From: a candidate division WOR-3 bacterium
Lineage (GTDB): Bacteria; Hydrothermota; Hydrothermia; Hydrothermales; JAJRUZ01
Length of the DNA: 64,000 bases
Direction: 5' to 3'
Assembly (NCBI GenBank): GCA_024277525.1
Contig: JAJRUZ010000087.1
Location: 4,530 to 68,529 of the forward strand
In this document: piece by piece, positions 28,790 through 39,204 of the stretch
Layout: the number at the start of each line of letters is the position of its first letter
Position numbering within the stretch: the stretch's first letter is position 1
The notes under the pieces: model-generated
The model's input: only the letters and a program-made list of their open reading frames with translations
Database searches by the model: none
What the model was told of the DNA's origin: nothing
Translations under genes and position numbers: made by a program

Positions 28790-30325
28790 TCAAAGGGGAA
28801 TATTCCCGTGTTTTTTCGGAGGAAGTCCCTGTCTTTTGTTTTTGAGGAGTTTCAAGGCTTTTATTATCCATTTTCTTGTCTTTCTGGGCTCGATTACATC
28901 ATCTATGTATCCGTATGAAGCAGCATAATAGGGGTTTGCAAATTTCTCCCTGTACATCTTAACGAGTTCCTTTCTCAATTCTTCCGGATTATCCGATTCC
29001 TTTATTTCTCTTCTGTAAATTATATTAATTGCTCCCTCAGGACCCATTACTGCAATTTCTGCTGTTGGCCAAGCAAGGTTGATATCACCCCTTACCTGTT
29101 TTGAAGACAAGACACAATAGGCTCCTCCGTAACTTTTCCTGGTTATGATTGTGATTTTTGGAACCGTAGCCTCGCAATAAGCATAAAGGAGTTTTGCTCC
29201 TTCTTTTATAATACCTCTGTGTTCCTGATTCACACCGGGCAAAAATCCGGGAACATCCTCAAATGTAATTATGGGAATGTTGAATGCGTCACAAAATCTC
29301 ACAAATCTTGCTGCTTTTATAGAAGCATCAACATCAAGTGCTCCTGCAAGATGCATGGGTTGTTGAGCAACAATTCCCACACTCATTCCTGCCATCCTTC
29401 CGAATCCTACAATGATATTCGGGGCATAATTTTTATGAACCTCAAAAAATGTTCCGAGATCCACAATTTTTTCTATAACTTCTTTCATATCATAGGGGGC
29501 ATTAGGATCCTCCGGAACAATGTCATCAAGTTCGGGATCTTCTCTTTCCTCACTGTCTCCGGTATCTATAACAGGAGGTTCTTCCATATTATTTTGCGGT
29601 AAATATGTTAAAAGTGTTCTTATTCCGCCCATAATTTCTTCCTCGGTATCGTAAACAAAATGTGCAACCCCGCTTTTTTCGGCATGAACATCAGCTCCTC
29701 CCAGTTCTTCAAAGCTCACATCCTCATGTGTTACTGCTTTTATAACATCAGGACCCGTGATGAACATGTAACTTGTTCCCCTTTTCATAAAGATAAAGTC
29801 CGTTAAAGCGGGAGAATAAACCGCTCCGCCTGCACATGGTCCCAATATGGCTGAAATCTGCGGAATGACACCCGATGCAAGTGTATTTCTTAAAAATATT
29901 TCCGCATAACCTGCAAGGGAAGCAACCCCTTCCTGAATCCTTGCTCCTCCGGAATCGTTAATTCCTATCACAGGGACTCCTATTCTCATTGCAATATCCA
30001 ATATTTTCTTTATTTTATCAGCATGAGCAAGTGAGAGTGTTCCTCCGAATACTGTAAAATCCTGAGAAAAAACAACAACATCTCTGCCGTGAATTTTGCC
30101 GAATCCGGTTACAACACCGTCGCCGAGTATTTTCGGTAATTCAAATTCCTGAATCCTGTGTGTTACAAACATGTCAATTTCCTGGAAACTTCCTTCGTCA
30201 AGAAGCAACTCTATTCTTTCTCTTACTGTTTTTTTTCCTTTTTGCTTTTGAATCCTTATTTTTTCTTCTCCTCCTCCTTTAAGTGCTTCCTCCCTCAATT
30301 TTTTTAGTTTTTCAAATCTGTTCAT
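28790..30325 (-). CDS. acyl-CoA carboxylase carboxyltransferase subunit (propionyl-CoA carboxylase beta / methylmalonyl-CoA decarboxylase alpha family)
   Basis: 511 aa with a two-domain crotonase-like carboxyltransferase architecture. Confidence 0.85.
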   Translation of the reverse strand: MNRFEKLKKLREEALKGGGEEKIRIQKQKGKKTVRERIELLLDEGSFQEIDMFVTHRIQEFELPKILGDGVVTGFGKIHGRDVVVFSQDFTVFGGTLSLAHADKIKKILDIAMRIGVPVIGINDSGGARIQEGVASLAGYAEIFLRNTLASGVIPQISAILGPCAGGAVYSPALTDFIFMKRGTSYMFITGPDVIKAVTHEDVSFEELGGADVHAEKSGVAHFVYDTEEEIMGGIRTLLTYLPQNNMEEPPVIDTGDSEEREDPELDDIVPEDPNAPYDMKEVIEKIVDLGTFFEVHKNYAPNIIVGFGRMAGMSVGIVAQQPMHLAGALDVDASIKAARFVRFCDAFNIPIITFEDVPGFLPGVNQEHRGIIKEGAKLLYAYCEATVPKITIITRKSYGGAYCVLSSKQVRGDINLAWPTAEIAVMGPEGAINIIYRREIKESDNPEELRKELVKMYREKFANPYYAASYGYIDDVIEPRKTRKWIIKALKLLKNKRQGLPPKKHGNIPL

Positions 30326-30789
30326 TTATTTTCCTCCTTTTTAAACTTTTCCTTGGTATCAACAATCAAGGTAACGGGTCCTTTATTTATATGATAAACC
30401 TCCATAAATTCACCGAATATTCCCTTACTCACTTTTAATCCGCTTTTTTTAAGTTCATTAAAAAATATTTCAAATTTTTCCTCCGCTTTACCTTTCTCCT
30501 CTGACTTATCAAAAGAAGGACGATTGCCTTTTAATACATCTCCGCACAGGGTAAAATTTGAAATTACAAGTATTTCTCCTTTTATATCCTTGACATTGAG
30601 GTTTAATTTCCCTTTTTCATCCTCAAAAATCCTTAAATTTAAGATTTTATTTGCTGCCCATTTAATTTCTTCTTCGGTGTCTCCTTTGTAAATGCCGACA
30701 AATAGAAGTAAACCATTTTTTATCTCGGAATATAAATTTTTATTTATAAAAACTTTCCCTTCGCCTATTCTCTCAATTACTATTCTCAT
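30322..30789 (-). CDS. dtd: D-aminoacyl-tRNA deacylase
   Basis: 155 aa. MRIVIER..., ..[14 protein letters not shown].. and SNFTL.GD...G.RPSF are DTD hallmarks. Confidence 0.88.
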   Translation of the reverse strand: MRIVIERIGEGKVFINKNLYSEIKNGLLLFVGIYKGDTEEEIKWAANKILNLRIFEDEKGKLNLNVKDIKGEILVISNFTLCGDVLKGNRPSFDKSEEKGKAEEKFEIFFNELKKSGLKVSKGIFGEFMEVYHINKGPVTLIVDTKEKFKKEENK

Positions 30790-31826
30790 CCTGTCAAATA
30801 GTAAAGTTTTTTTAACAGACTCTCTCTTTCCTTTCTTTCGAATCCCTTTTTACTTAATATGATTTTTTCCATTATTTCTATTGTTTTATCATAATTTTTT
30901 GTATTTATTTTGTAGGGATAACCATCTTTTCCTCCGTGAGCAAATGAATATCTTGCAGGGTCCTTAAATTCAATTTTTGTGCCATATATCAAATGTGCCA
31001 ACAGGGTTAATGCACGCAGGGTTTTCGGTCCCGCACCTTTTATTAAAAGTAAATCTTCAAATTTTTTGATATTTTTTTCGTAAAATTGCAATGAAATCTG
31101 ATATAATTTTTTCCTATCCAGATCATTCAAATCGATATTATGTCTTTCCGGTAATTTGTAAATTTTGCTTACTTTTTCCTCTTTTATTAAGTCAATAATT
31201 TTTTCTCTGATTAAAGAATTCTCCCGGGATACAAGATTCAGAACTTTTTTCTCTTTTTTTTCTGCTATAATTCCTGAATGGGGTTCATTTGTAATATCTT
31301 TGAGGTCCTTTGAAAAAATATGGTATCTTCTTGCTGTTCTTTTATAGATATTCATGCCCTGTTGAATTGTTAACCAATTGCCTTTTTCATCAAACCAGAG
31401 TGTATGGTGATAGATAGTGTGTCCGTCTTGAATACATGCATTGTCTATTTTGGCGGTAATTCTTGAAATTTTTATGAGATGGTCCGCATCTATACCCTTT
31501 TTATAACCGATTTCTTTTAATTCATCCGGAGTTTTAAGGGCTGTTTTCCCTTTTCCCCCTGTTACATAAATGGGTAAGTTTCTTTCTTTTAAACCTTCTT
31601 TAATTGCTGCGGTTAGGGCAGTGGTAAGTCCTGAGGAATGCCAATCAAAGCCTAAGAAACAGCCAAAACTCTGGAACCATAAAGGATTCGAAAATTTTTG
31701 AAGAATATAAAATGTATCAAATTCCTCAAGTAAATATTCAATGATCAAACCGGATAGTTTTTTCATTCTTTGATAAAGATATTTAGGGGCTTTACCGTAA
31801 TGAAGGGGAAGTATTACTGATTCCAT
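30786..31826 (-). CDS. DUF763-family protein
   Basis: LPLHYGKAP...WFQSFGCFLGFDWHSSGLTT motif block typical of DUF763. 346 aa. Confidence 0.6.
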   Translation of the reverse strand: MESVILPLHYGKAPKYLYQRMKKLSGLIIEYLLEEFDTFYILQKFSNPLWFQSFGCFLGFDWHSSGLTTALTAAIKEGLKERNLPIYVTGGKGKTALKTPDELKEIGYKKGIDADHLIKISRITAKIDNACIQDGHTIYHHTLWFDEKGNWLTIQQGMNIYKRTARRYHIFSKDLKDITNEPHSGIIAEKKEKKVLNLVSRENSLIREKIIDLIKEEKVSKIYKLPERHNIDLNDLDRKKLYQISLQFYEKNIKKFEDLLLIKGAGPKTLRALTLLAHLIYGTKIEFKDPARYSFAHGGKDGYPYKINTKNYDKTIEIMEKIILSKKGFERKERESLLKKLYYLTG

Positions 31827-34800
31827 TTAAGGCAATTTAACCGCAATCTCAATTCTGAAATGTCCCAAAGGGTGCGGCCATATTCCTTTAACTTTTTCTG
31901 ATAGAAGAATAAATTGATAAGGATGGTAAAGGAAAATACATGGAGCATCTTCCAAAATTTTCTTTTCTATCTCCTGGTATAACTTTTTTCTTTCCTCGGG
32001 GATTCTTATTCTTCTCGCTTCATCAAGCATTTTATCTATAACGGGATTAGAATACCTCATTTCATTTGCTCCGCTTTCCATTGAACTTGAATGAAACAGA
32101 GGATAAGCAATACTGTCAGGGTCACCCGTGTCACCGATCCAACCTATCATATGACATTCCGTTCTTCCGTTATGTAAATCATCCAGAAACTCTTTCCACG
32201 GTTTTTCTTCTATTTCAAACTCAACTCCCAACTTTTTGAAGCAGTTCTCAATAAACTTTGCATTTTTCCTGTATGCTTCGCTATCCGTTATTGTAAGTTT
32301 TACTTTTAGAGGAGGTTTAACAGAGGACTTTGAAAGCTCCCTTCTTGCCTTTTCAAGATCAAATTCATATCCCTTCAGACTTTCGTTATATACCTCTGAA
32401 GAGGGAGGGAATATACCCTCTGCTTTAATAGCCCTGTTTTTAAATCTTTCCCTTATGAATCCCTCTTTATCAAGAGCATAATTTAATGCTCTCCTGAAAT
32501 GCACATCGGTAAAGGGATACTTTGTTATGTTAAAATCAAATCTTTGAATTGATATTTCGGGGACGGATTGTATTTTATCAAGATAATGCGGAGCCCTTTC
32601 TCTGAGTACTTCCTCATCTTTTGAAGACGGTTCAAGTAAGTCAAGTTCACCGTTTAAAAACATCTCAACATGTTTCCCTCCTGCTCTTTCTATGCGAAAA
32701 ACCACTCTATCCACACAGGCTCTTCCTGCAAAATAATCATTAAAGGCTCTCAGTTCCACAAATTTATCCTTTTCGTATTTCTCCAAAATAAAAGGACCGA
32801 GTCCGTATAATTTGCCGTTTTCTTCCTTGGTTATGGAAGCAGCACAAAGGGCAAGGTTGTTTATAAACGGAACATAAGGATATTCAAGCTCAATTTCTAT
32901 TCGGTAATCATCCAGTATTTTTATTCCTTCAACACTTGAAGTTTTCCTCTTAATAAAATCCTTTGCACCTCTTATCATCTCAAAATAGTTTCTGGCATTG
33001 CCTCTTAATGTTCTGAATAAAGAATCTCTTACATCATAAGCATTTAAAAATTCTCCGTTATGAAATTTAATGTTTTTCTTTAAAACAAAGGTATACAAAG
33101 TCCCATCTTTCCCTATTTCAAAGTTATCAATAAGCATGGGGACAACCTTACTTGATTTCGGGGATACCATAAAGAGTGCCCTGTGGATGTTCTCCAGAAT
33201 TGTATTACTTGTTGCATCCGTTGCAAGATAGGGATTCAAATTCGCAGGACTCGAAGTTAAGGGGAGATTGAGGGTTATTTCTTTGATTTCAACTTCTTTT
33301 ACTTCTTCTTTTTTAGGAATTCTCAAATTAACTTCCTTTCTCAGTTTCCCCAGTACTTCCTTAATTTCTTCCATATAGCTTTCCGTGCGGGCAAACTTTA
33401 TACTTATTTCTTTAACAAATCTCTCAATAAACTCAAAATTCTTTCTGAATCCTTCTATATCCCTTTGTAAAACTTCAATAAAATCCTTTATATCGGTGAA
33501 AAATTTATTAAGTTTTTCAACATCTTCTTCAACTTCTAAATAAATCTTATGTTCGGTCTCACTGTCTTGAATAATGCTCTCCGTTGAAGAGGAAATTTTA
33601 ATTATCTCATTTGAGGCTTTTATCACTTCTTCGGATAGGTGTATTGAGTTTCGAACCCTTTCTTTCAATTCTTTGGAAAGCGGGTCTTCTATAACTCCTG
33701 CTCTTGCTGTTTCAACAGAAGAATAAAGCGAGAGTATCTCTCCATCTTTTAAATCATCCCTTAAAAGTCTTAACAATTTTAAAAATTCAGGGTCAACGGA
33801 AACAAAAGGTAAGTCTTCATTTGCATTTATTTCCTTAGAGAAATCCTTCAAAATTTTATTTAAATTCCTTACCTCGTCAACATAATAAGATATACTTTCT
33901 TTAAGTGTTTTTATCATTCTCTGACCAACAATTTTAATTTCTTTTTCTTGAAGTTCAACTTTGTTAAACAAATTTAAAATATTTCTCATTTTCAGGTCCC
34001 ACTCCTCTTTCACTTTTTCAAAGGAGGAAAATTTCTTATTTAATTCTTCTAAGATATTCAAATTATTCTCCGAAAAAAATCTGATTTTTTCAATTAATCT
34101 GTTTTTTATATAAAAAGGAGCGTGTTTTATTTCTTCATATGTCTCGTAAAGAGCATTTAAAACTTCCTCATTTGACTCGAATATATTTGAGAAGATTAAA
34201 ACTTTTTCCGAATCTATAAAAAAGGAAAAACCGAAAGCCTCGATATCAACGAGATTTCTGAACAAACTGTCCAAAAGTCTTCTTCTTTCTGCATATATTT
34301 CCCTCATTCTACCCGATAGAAAAGTAAAGTCTTTTATGGCTTTTTCTAAAGAAGAGAGTACATTTATTAGATCTTCTTCATAATTTCTGATTCTGTTAAC
34401 TTGATTGTATATTCTGTTATGTTTTTCTTTAAAAACCGAATACTTACCTTTTATTTCTTCAATATGTTTTGAAATTTTCTCAGCATTTGAAATTATGCGT
34501 GATGCAAGTTTTGAGAGTTCCTGGGATACAACAGAAAGTCCTTTCCCCTTTTCGCCCAAATGATATGCTTTTATTTCTGCATTTCTCGAAACTATCTCAA
34601 TATGGTGAATTTCACTCAGAAGATTATCCGTGTACATTGTTGATTTATCAAGAAGGATAAGTATTTCATTTAATTTCTTAATTTCTTCCTCGTAATATTT
34701 TATATAATTCGGTAATCTTTCATAAATTGTAGACAGATTTTCTTCAAGTTTTTTTGAAATATTTTCAATATTTCCAGACATTTTCATTATTTCCTCAAAC

Positions 34801-34943
34801 ATTTCCTCAAGTCTTTTTAGTTCTATATTTACTCCGCTTTTCGTATTTTCTATATTCACTCTTTCTTTATAAACGGAGAGTCCTATATTATATAAATCCT
34901 TAAAAAATTCAAAAATTTTTTCTGCTTTATTCATATATCGCAC
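31827..34943 (-). CDS. 1038-aa fusion: N-terminal coiled-coil region with an MCP-like signalling motif, C-terminal family-5 solute-binding (OppA/DppA-like) domain; no TM or signal peptide seen
   Basis: N-terminal AYHLGEKGKGLSVVSQELSKLASR resembles the chemoreceptor conserved hairpin A..GE.GRGFAVVA.EVR.LA.R. The C-terminal about 480 aa carry SBP_bac_5 motifs (..KFHNGEFLNAYDVRDSLFR.., ..GDTGDPDS....YSNPVIDKMLDEA). Confidence 0.6.
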   Translation of the reverse strand: MRYMNKAEKIFEFFKDLYNIGLSVYKERVNIENTKSGVNIELKRLEEMFEEIMKMSGNIENISKKLEENLSTIYERLPNYIKYYEEEIKKLNEILILLDKSTMYTDNLLSEIHHIEIVSRNAEIKAYHLGEKGKGLSVVSQELSKLASRIISNAEKISKHIEEIKGKYSVFKEKHNRIYNQVNRIRNYEEDLINVLSSLEKAIKDFTFLSGRMREIYAERRRLLDSLFRNLVDIEAFGFSFFIDSEKVLIFSNIFESNEEVLNALYETYEEIKHAPFYIKNRLIEKIRFFSENNLNILEELNKKFSSFEKVKEEWDLKMRNILNLFNKVELQEKEIKIVGQRMIKTLKESISYYVDEVRNLNKILKDFSKEINANEDLPFVSVDPEFLKLLRLLRDDLKDGEILSLYSSVETARAGVIEDPLSKELKERVRNSIHLSEEVIKASNEIIKISSSTESIIQDSETEHKIYLEVEEDVEKLNKFFTDIKDFIEVLQRDIEGFRKNFEFIERFVKEISIKFARTESYMEEIKEVLGKLRKEVNLRIPKKEEVKEVEIKEITLNLPLTSSPANLNPYLATDATSNTILENIHRALFMVSPKSSKVVPMLIDNFEIGKDGTLYTFVLKKNIKFHNGEFLNAYDVRDSLFRTLRGNARNYFEMIRGAKDFIKRKTSSVEGIKILDDYRIEIELEYPYVPFINNLALCAASITKEENGKLYGLGPFILEKYEKDKFVELRAFNDYFAGRACVDRVVFRIERAGGKHVEMFLNGELDLLEPSSKDEEVLRERAPHYLDKIQSVPEISIQRFDFNITKYPFTDVHFRRALNYALDKEGFIRERFKNRAIKAEGIFPPSSEVYNESLKGYEFDLEKARRELSKSSVKPPLKVKLTITDSEAYRKNAKFIENCFKKLGVEFEIEEKPWKEFLDDLHNGRTECHMIGWIGDTGDPDSIAYPLFHSSSMESGANEMRYSNPVIDKMLDEARRIRIPEERKKLYQEIEKKILEDAPCIFLYHPYQFILLSEKVKGIWPHPLGHFRIEIAVKLP

Positions 34944-35739
34944 AGGATATATAACCCACTACATAACCTGACTTATCACCTGTAATGTCAGCCGATGTAG
35001 TCATATAGAGAATTTTACTTTTTTTATCAGTATTTTCAAAAGTTTTAAGTAAGATATAAACAGGTGCAAAACCGCATGCCATTATTTCATTTCTGATATT
35101 TTTTCTAAAAAAATCTTCTGCATTTAGTTTTTCAAGCACAGGTTTTGAAATTTCATTTACTTTTTTACACTCATTATAGGAATACCCGTGATAAAAATCC
35201 GAACTCGCAATTAAGAGGGTTCTTTCATCACTGTATTCTCTTAAGACATTAGCTATACTATCTAAAATTTCTTTTTGATATGTACCGATCAACAAGGGAA
35301 CTATTTTAATCTCATTTCCGAAGACAAATTGAAGAAAAGGGACTTGAACCTCAATTGAATGTTCCGGTTGATGGAAGGTAGAGTCAAATTTAAAAAATTC
35401 TTTTTGTTTTAAATCGGACGCAAACTCGGTATCAATATCAATTAATCCGAGCGGAGTCTCCCATTTTTCATTTTCATCAAGACAGGCAAATTCAAAAGAA
35501 AAATGATGAGAAGGACCGAGTATTATTGCTCTTTTGAAATTTTCCCTTTTTAAATTTTTATATAAATAAGAGGCAGTTCTGCCAGAATAAATATAACCCG
35601 CATGCGGAGAGATTCCTGCTTTTATATTTATCTCTCTCATAAGAGGGACTTCTTTGAAAAACTTATCCAACATCTCCCTTAATTCCTCTTCCTCACCGGG
35701 GTAAAAAGAACCGCTTACCGCAGGTCTCCTTATCTTCAT
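34927..35739 (-). CDS. Memo1-like protein (AmmeMemoRadiSam system protein B family)
   Basis: ..SGSFYP.., ..PHAGYIYSG.. and ..GYVVGYISC.. motifs, 270 aa. Confidence 0.8.
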   Translation of the reverse strand: MKIRRPAVSGSFYPGEEEELREMLDKFFKEVPLMREINIKAGISPHAGYIYSGRTASYLYKNLKRENFKRAIILGPSHHFSFEFACLDENEKWETPLGLIDIDTEFASDLKQKEFFKFDSTFHQPEHSIEVQVPFLQFVFGNEIKIVPLLIGTYQKEILDSIANVLREYSDERTLLIASSDFYHGYSYNECKKVNEISKPVLEKLNAEDFFRKNIRNEIMACGFAPVYILLKTFENTDKKSKILYMTTSADITGDKSGYVVGYISCAIYE

Positions 35740-37040
35740 AATATATATCTTGATAAATCTTCTTGGGATAAGGTTTTAGATAGTTTCTCCTCCACATAAT
35801 CTGCGGTTATCACATACGGATTTTTATCAAGATAGGGCATTCTAAAAAGTGCCTCTTCAAGTACAATGTTCATGACTGTCTGAAGGCGTCTTGCTCCTAT
35901 ATCTTCCATTTTTTGATTTGCAAGATATGCGTAATGAGCAATCTTTTTTATTGCTTCTTCTTCAAATTCAAGAGTGAATCCTTCCGTATAAAACAATGCT
36001 TTAAACTGTTTTATTAATGAATTTTCTGGCTCAACAAGGATCCTCTCAAATTCTTTTTCACCGAGCGAATGAAGTTCAACTCTTATCGGGAATCTGCCTT
36101 GAAGTTCAGGGATTAAGTCTTGAGGAGAAGCCTTACTGAAAGCACCTGCTCCTATGAAAAGAATATTGTCGGTTCTTACAACTCCATATTTAGTCCATAC
36201 ACTTGTTCCTTCAACAATGGGAAGTAAATCCCTCTGGACACCCTCTCTTGAAACAGCAGGACCGTGTTCTTCACCCTTTCCTGCAATTTTGTCAATTTCA
36301 TCTATAAATATTATTCCCTTTTCCTGTGCAAGTTTTAATGCTTCCTGTTTTACTTCGTCAATATTTATCAATTTATTTGCTGCTTCCTGAGTATAATATT
36401 CCAGAGCATCCTTTACTTTCATCCTTTTCATTACCGTCCTTTTCGGAAACATGTCTTCCATCATCTCCTGTAAACTTTGAGCAATGGCATCCTGACCCAT
36501 CGGAGCAACAGGAATAACCGATACGGGTGATTGTTTGATCTCTACATCTATTTCCCTATCATTGTAAATTCCTCTTTTCAAACCGTCCCTTATTGTCTCC
36601 CGGGGAGAAAGGGGAGAAGGTGCTAAAATCTCAAGTATTTTTTCTTCCGCTATTTCCCTTGCCCTTTTTTCTACTTCTTTTATTTTTTTCTGTCTTAACA
36701 TATTAAATGCCACCTCTACCAGGTCTCTCACCATACTTTCAACATCCCTTCCCACATAACCGACCTCTGTGTACCTTGTTGCCTCAACTTTTAAAAACGG
36801 GGAGCCCGTTAATTGAGCCAATCTTCTTGCAATTTCCGTTTTCCCAACACCCGTGGGTCCTATCATCAATATATTAAAAGGATGAATTTCCTCTTTTATT
36901 CTTCCCTCAACTTTCATCCTTCTCCATCTGTTTCTTAAAGCAATTGCTACCGCCTTTTTTGCCTCTTCTTGTCCTATTATATACTTGTTTAACTCTTCTA
37001 CTATCTCAAACGGGGTTTTCTCTTCTTCTGTATATTCCAT
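35736..37040 (-). CDS. hslU: ATP-dependent protease ATPase subunit HslU
   Basis: Strong HslU pattern throughout (..IVEELNKYIIGQEEAKKAVAIALRNRWRRM.., GPTGVGKTEIARRLA, ..FIDEIDKIA.., C-terminus ..EDLSRYIL). There is no hslV adjacent. Confidence 0.93.
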   Translation of the reverse strand: MEYTEEEKTPFEIVEELNKYIIGQEEAKKAVAIALRNRWRRMKVEGRIKEEIHPFNILMIGPTGVGKTEIARRLAQLTGSPFLKVEATRYTEVGYVGRDVESMVRDLVEVAFNMLRQKKIKEVEKRAREIAEEKILEILAPSPLSPRETIRDGLKRGIYNDREIDVEIKQSPVSVIPVAPMGQDAIAQSLQEMMEDMFPKRTVMKRMKVKDALEYYTQEAANKLINIDEVKQEALKLAQEKGIIFIDEIDKIAGKGEEHGPAVSREGVQRDLLPIVEGTSVWTKYGVVRTDNILFIGAGAFSKASPQDLIPELQGRFPIRVELHSLGEKEFERILVEPENSLIKQFKALFYTEGFTLEFEEEAIKKIAHYAYLANQKMEDIGARRLQTVMNIVLEEALFRMPYLDKNPYVITADYVEEKLSKTLSQEDLSRYIL

Positions 37041-37501
37041 TATTTTTTTAGCTCAAAATATTTAATATCTTTTAAAGAGCCGACTCTTTTTTTATTAAAA
37101 ACAGGTTTAACAATATCTCCGTTTTCTATCTCCTGGTAAGGATTGAGAAAATGAATAATACCGCCCTTTGCATAAGGCACCGAAATTAAAGCAACTTTTA
37201 TAGGTATATCAAGTCTGTTATCATCAAGGTCTCTGTATAGTTCGGTATAAGCAACAACAATAAAAGGACCTTTTACATCTACAAATTTGTCAATCTTTTC
37301 AAAACAGTCCTCACAGTACATTCTGGGAGGAAGGATTACTGAATTACAGTATTCACAGTATGCACCTTTGATTTTTCCTTCTTTTAACCCTTTATAAAAA
37401 ACATCGCCTCCTATTCCGAGTGTATAAAGATGCCATACAGGAATATCACCTTTTTGAACCTTTGCCTTACTTAATTTTTCAATAAATTCTTTAAAAGGCA
37501 T
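37040..37501 (-). CDS. DUF35 (Zn-ribbon + OB-fold) protein
   Basis: CxxC...CxxC ribbon (CEYCNSV...CEDCFEK) followed by an OB-fold region, 153 aa. This family usually partners thiolase-fold enzymes. Confidence 0.75.
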   Translation of the reverse strand: MPFKEFIEKLSKAKVQKGDIPVWHLYTLGIGGDVFYKGLKEGKIKGAYCEYCNSVILPPRMYCEDCFEKIDKFVDVKGPFIVVAYTELYRDLDDNRLDIPIKVALISVPYAKGGIIHFLNPYQEIENGDIVKPVFNKKRVGSLKDIKYFELKK

Positions 37502-37502
37502 T

Positions 37503-38018
37503 TTATTTCCTCCTTTTTATCGGTTTAAAATACAAAATATCGGTTATTGCTCCTTCCCTTTCTTTTTCCTTTTTCCAGACTGCTTTAACCTTCATTCCGA
37601 TTTTCACATTTTTAAGAACCTCCTCCAGTGTATCACCTACTTCACCGAGTTTATGAAGAATTCCCATATTTTCCGAAGTACCCAGCAGTCTTATAACAGC
37701 CGGAATCTCGGGCTTTTTCCTTCTTGAAGCATCCCAATTTACAAAGGAAACCGAAAAGGTAAGAATTTCGCCCTCGTCTCCAAGCTCAATCCACTCATCC
37801 GTTGGTCTGAAACATCTTTCACAGAACATCCTGGGGGGAATCATGATTCTTCCGCAAGCATAACATTTTCGTGCAAGAATTTTTCCGTGTTTTAAGCCTT
37901 CCATAAACTTTGAGAGAGCTATCCCGCAATCCCATTCATATTCCAGTTTTCCTTTCCATTCTACTTTTATTTCTTTTTCAAACTCCTTTAATCCCAGTGA
38001 AATTCCTTCAAATTTCAT
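37503..38018 (-). CDS. DUF35 (Zn-ribbon + OB-fold) protein, second paralog
   Basis: CYACGRI...CERCFRP ribbon plus OB-fold, 171 aa. Confidence 0.75.
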   Translation of the reverse strand: MKFEGISLGLKEFEKEIKVEWKGKLEYEWDCGIALSKFMEGLKHGKILARKCYACGRIMIPPRMFCERCFRPTDEWIELGDEGEILTFSVSFVNWDASRRKKPEIPAVIRLLGTSENMGILHKLGEVGDTLEEVLKNVKIGMKVKAVWKKEKEREGAITDILYFKPIKRRK

Positions 38019-38029
38019 TTTTCACCTCC

Positions 38030-39202
38030 TTATTTGGATAAGATAACAACCGTGCCGACTTGCATCAAATCACCCCATGCCTGTGCAAGTCCTCTTTTTA
38101 CTTCTCTCTTTACCTGCCTTTTTCCTGCCTCTCCCTTCAATTGTAAGTAAATTTCAATGACTTTCATAAGTCCTGCAGCTGCAATCGGATTCCCAACACC
38201 CAAGAGACCTCCCGAGGGGCAGGAAGGGATTCCATCCTTTGTATCCCTGTCCCAGAATCCTTTTTCAAGTAGTTTCGGTGCCTCTCCTTTGTCAGCAAGT
38301 AAAAGACCTTCAAGGTGATGAAGTTCCTTATACGCAAAAGGGTCATAGGGTTCAACAACATGGATTTCTTTTCTTGGGTCTTTTATTCCTGCCATATCAT
38401 AAGCCATCCTTGCTGCATACTCAACATATTTGGGATAATAAAGGTCTCTGTTTGTCCAGTAAGAAGTATCCAAACACCATCCCACTCCTTCAATCCATAT
38501 AGGGTTATCCGTCCTTCTTTTTGCCTCATGTTCAGAAGTAATCACAATTGCTGCTGCCGCATCGGTAACAGGAGATACCATCAATCTATAAACAGGATAT
38601 GCAATTACTTCTGAATTTAGAATATCTTTAACAGTATATTCTCCTGCAATTCCTTTTTGGGTGCATGGATGGTCAAGCCCGTTTCTTTTATTTTTAACCG
38701 AAACAAGTGCTATTGTTTCAAGAGATATTTTGTGAACATGCATATATCTCATCATTTCAAGAGAAAATATCCATAAAAGGTTAACTCCGAGAGGTCTTTC
38801 AAGAAACTGGTCATATATTGCATTGAACGCACCCTGCGGATGAGGCATACAGGAGGACATTTTCTCCTCTGCAACAACAAGACAGGTGTCAAAGAGTCCG
38901 CTTGCAACAAGATACCATCCGTGAATGATTGCAAAAACACCTGAACCGCCTCCCACATAAGACCTCATGTAAGGCTTCCTTTTTGCACCCGCGCCATCTG
39001 AAAGCCAGTCCCCTTTCATATGAACTCCATCAAACATATCAGGGGCAGTTGCCATTACCACACAATCTATTTCAGAAATATCCATATTTGCCTCTTCCAA
39101 TGCCATTCTGGCTGCCTCAAATGCAAGCTCTTTGCCCGTTTCTTTCGCTCTTCTCATAAATTTTGTTAATCCTGCTCCGAGTATTGCAACTTTTTGTGCC
39201 AT
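38030..39202 (-). CDS. thiolase-fold (SCP-x/Ltp-like) protein apparently lacking the nucleophile Cys and the C-terminal GH His
   Basis: Start set at MAQKVAILGAG (39202) rather than the upstream ATG. YVGGGSGVFAI sits where thiolases have N.aCASGstA, and GVGNPIAAAG where they have GHPlGATG. C-terminus ..LQLKGEAGKRQV is thiolase-like. Confidence 0.7.
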   Translation of the reverse strand: MAQKVAILGAGLTKFMRRAKETGKELAFEAARMALEEANMDISEIDCVVMATAPDMFDGVHMKGDWLSDGAGAKRKPYMRSYVGGGSGVFAIIHGWYLVASGLFDTCLVVAEEKMSSCMPHPQGAFNAIYDQFLERPLGVNLLWIFSLEMMRYMHVHKISLETIALVSVKNKRNGLDHPCTQKGIAGEYTVKDILNSEVIAYPVYRLMVSPVTDAAAAIVITSEHEAKRRTDNPIWIEGVGWCLDTSYWTNRDLYYPKYVEYAARMAYDMAGIKDPRKEIHVVEPYDPFAYKELHHLEGLLLADKGEAPKLLEKGFWDRDTKDGIPSCPSGGLLGVGNPIAAAGLMKVIEIYLQLKGEAGKRQVKREVKRGLAQAWGDLMQVGTVVILSK

Positions 39203-39204
39203 GA

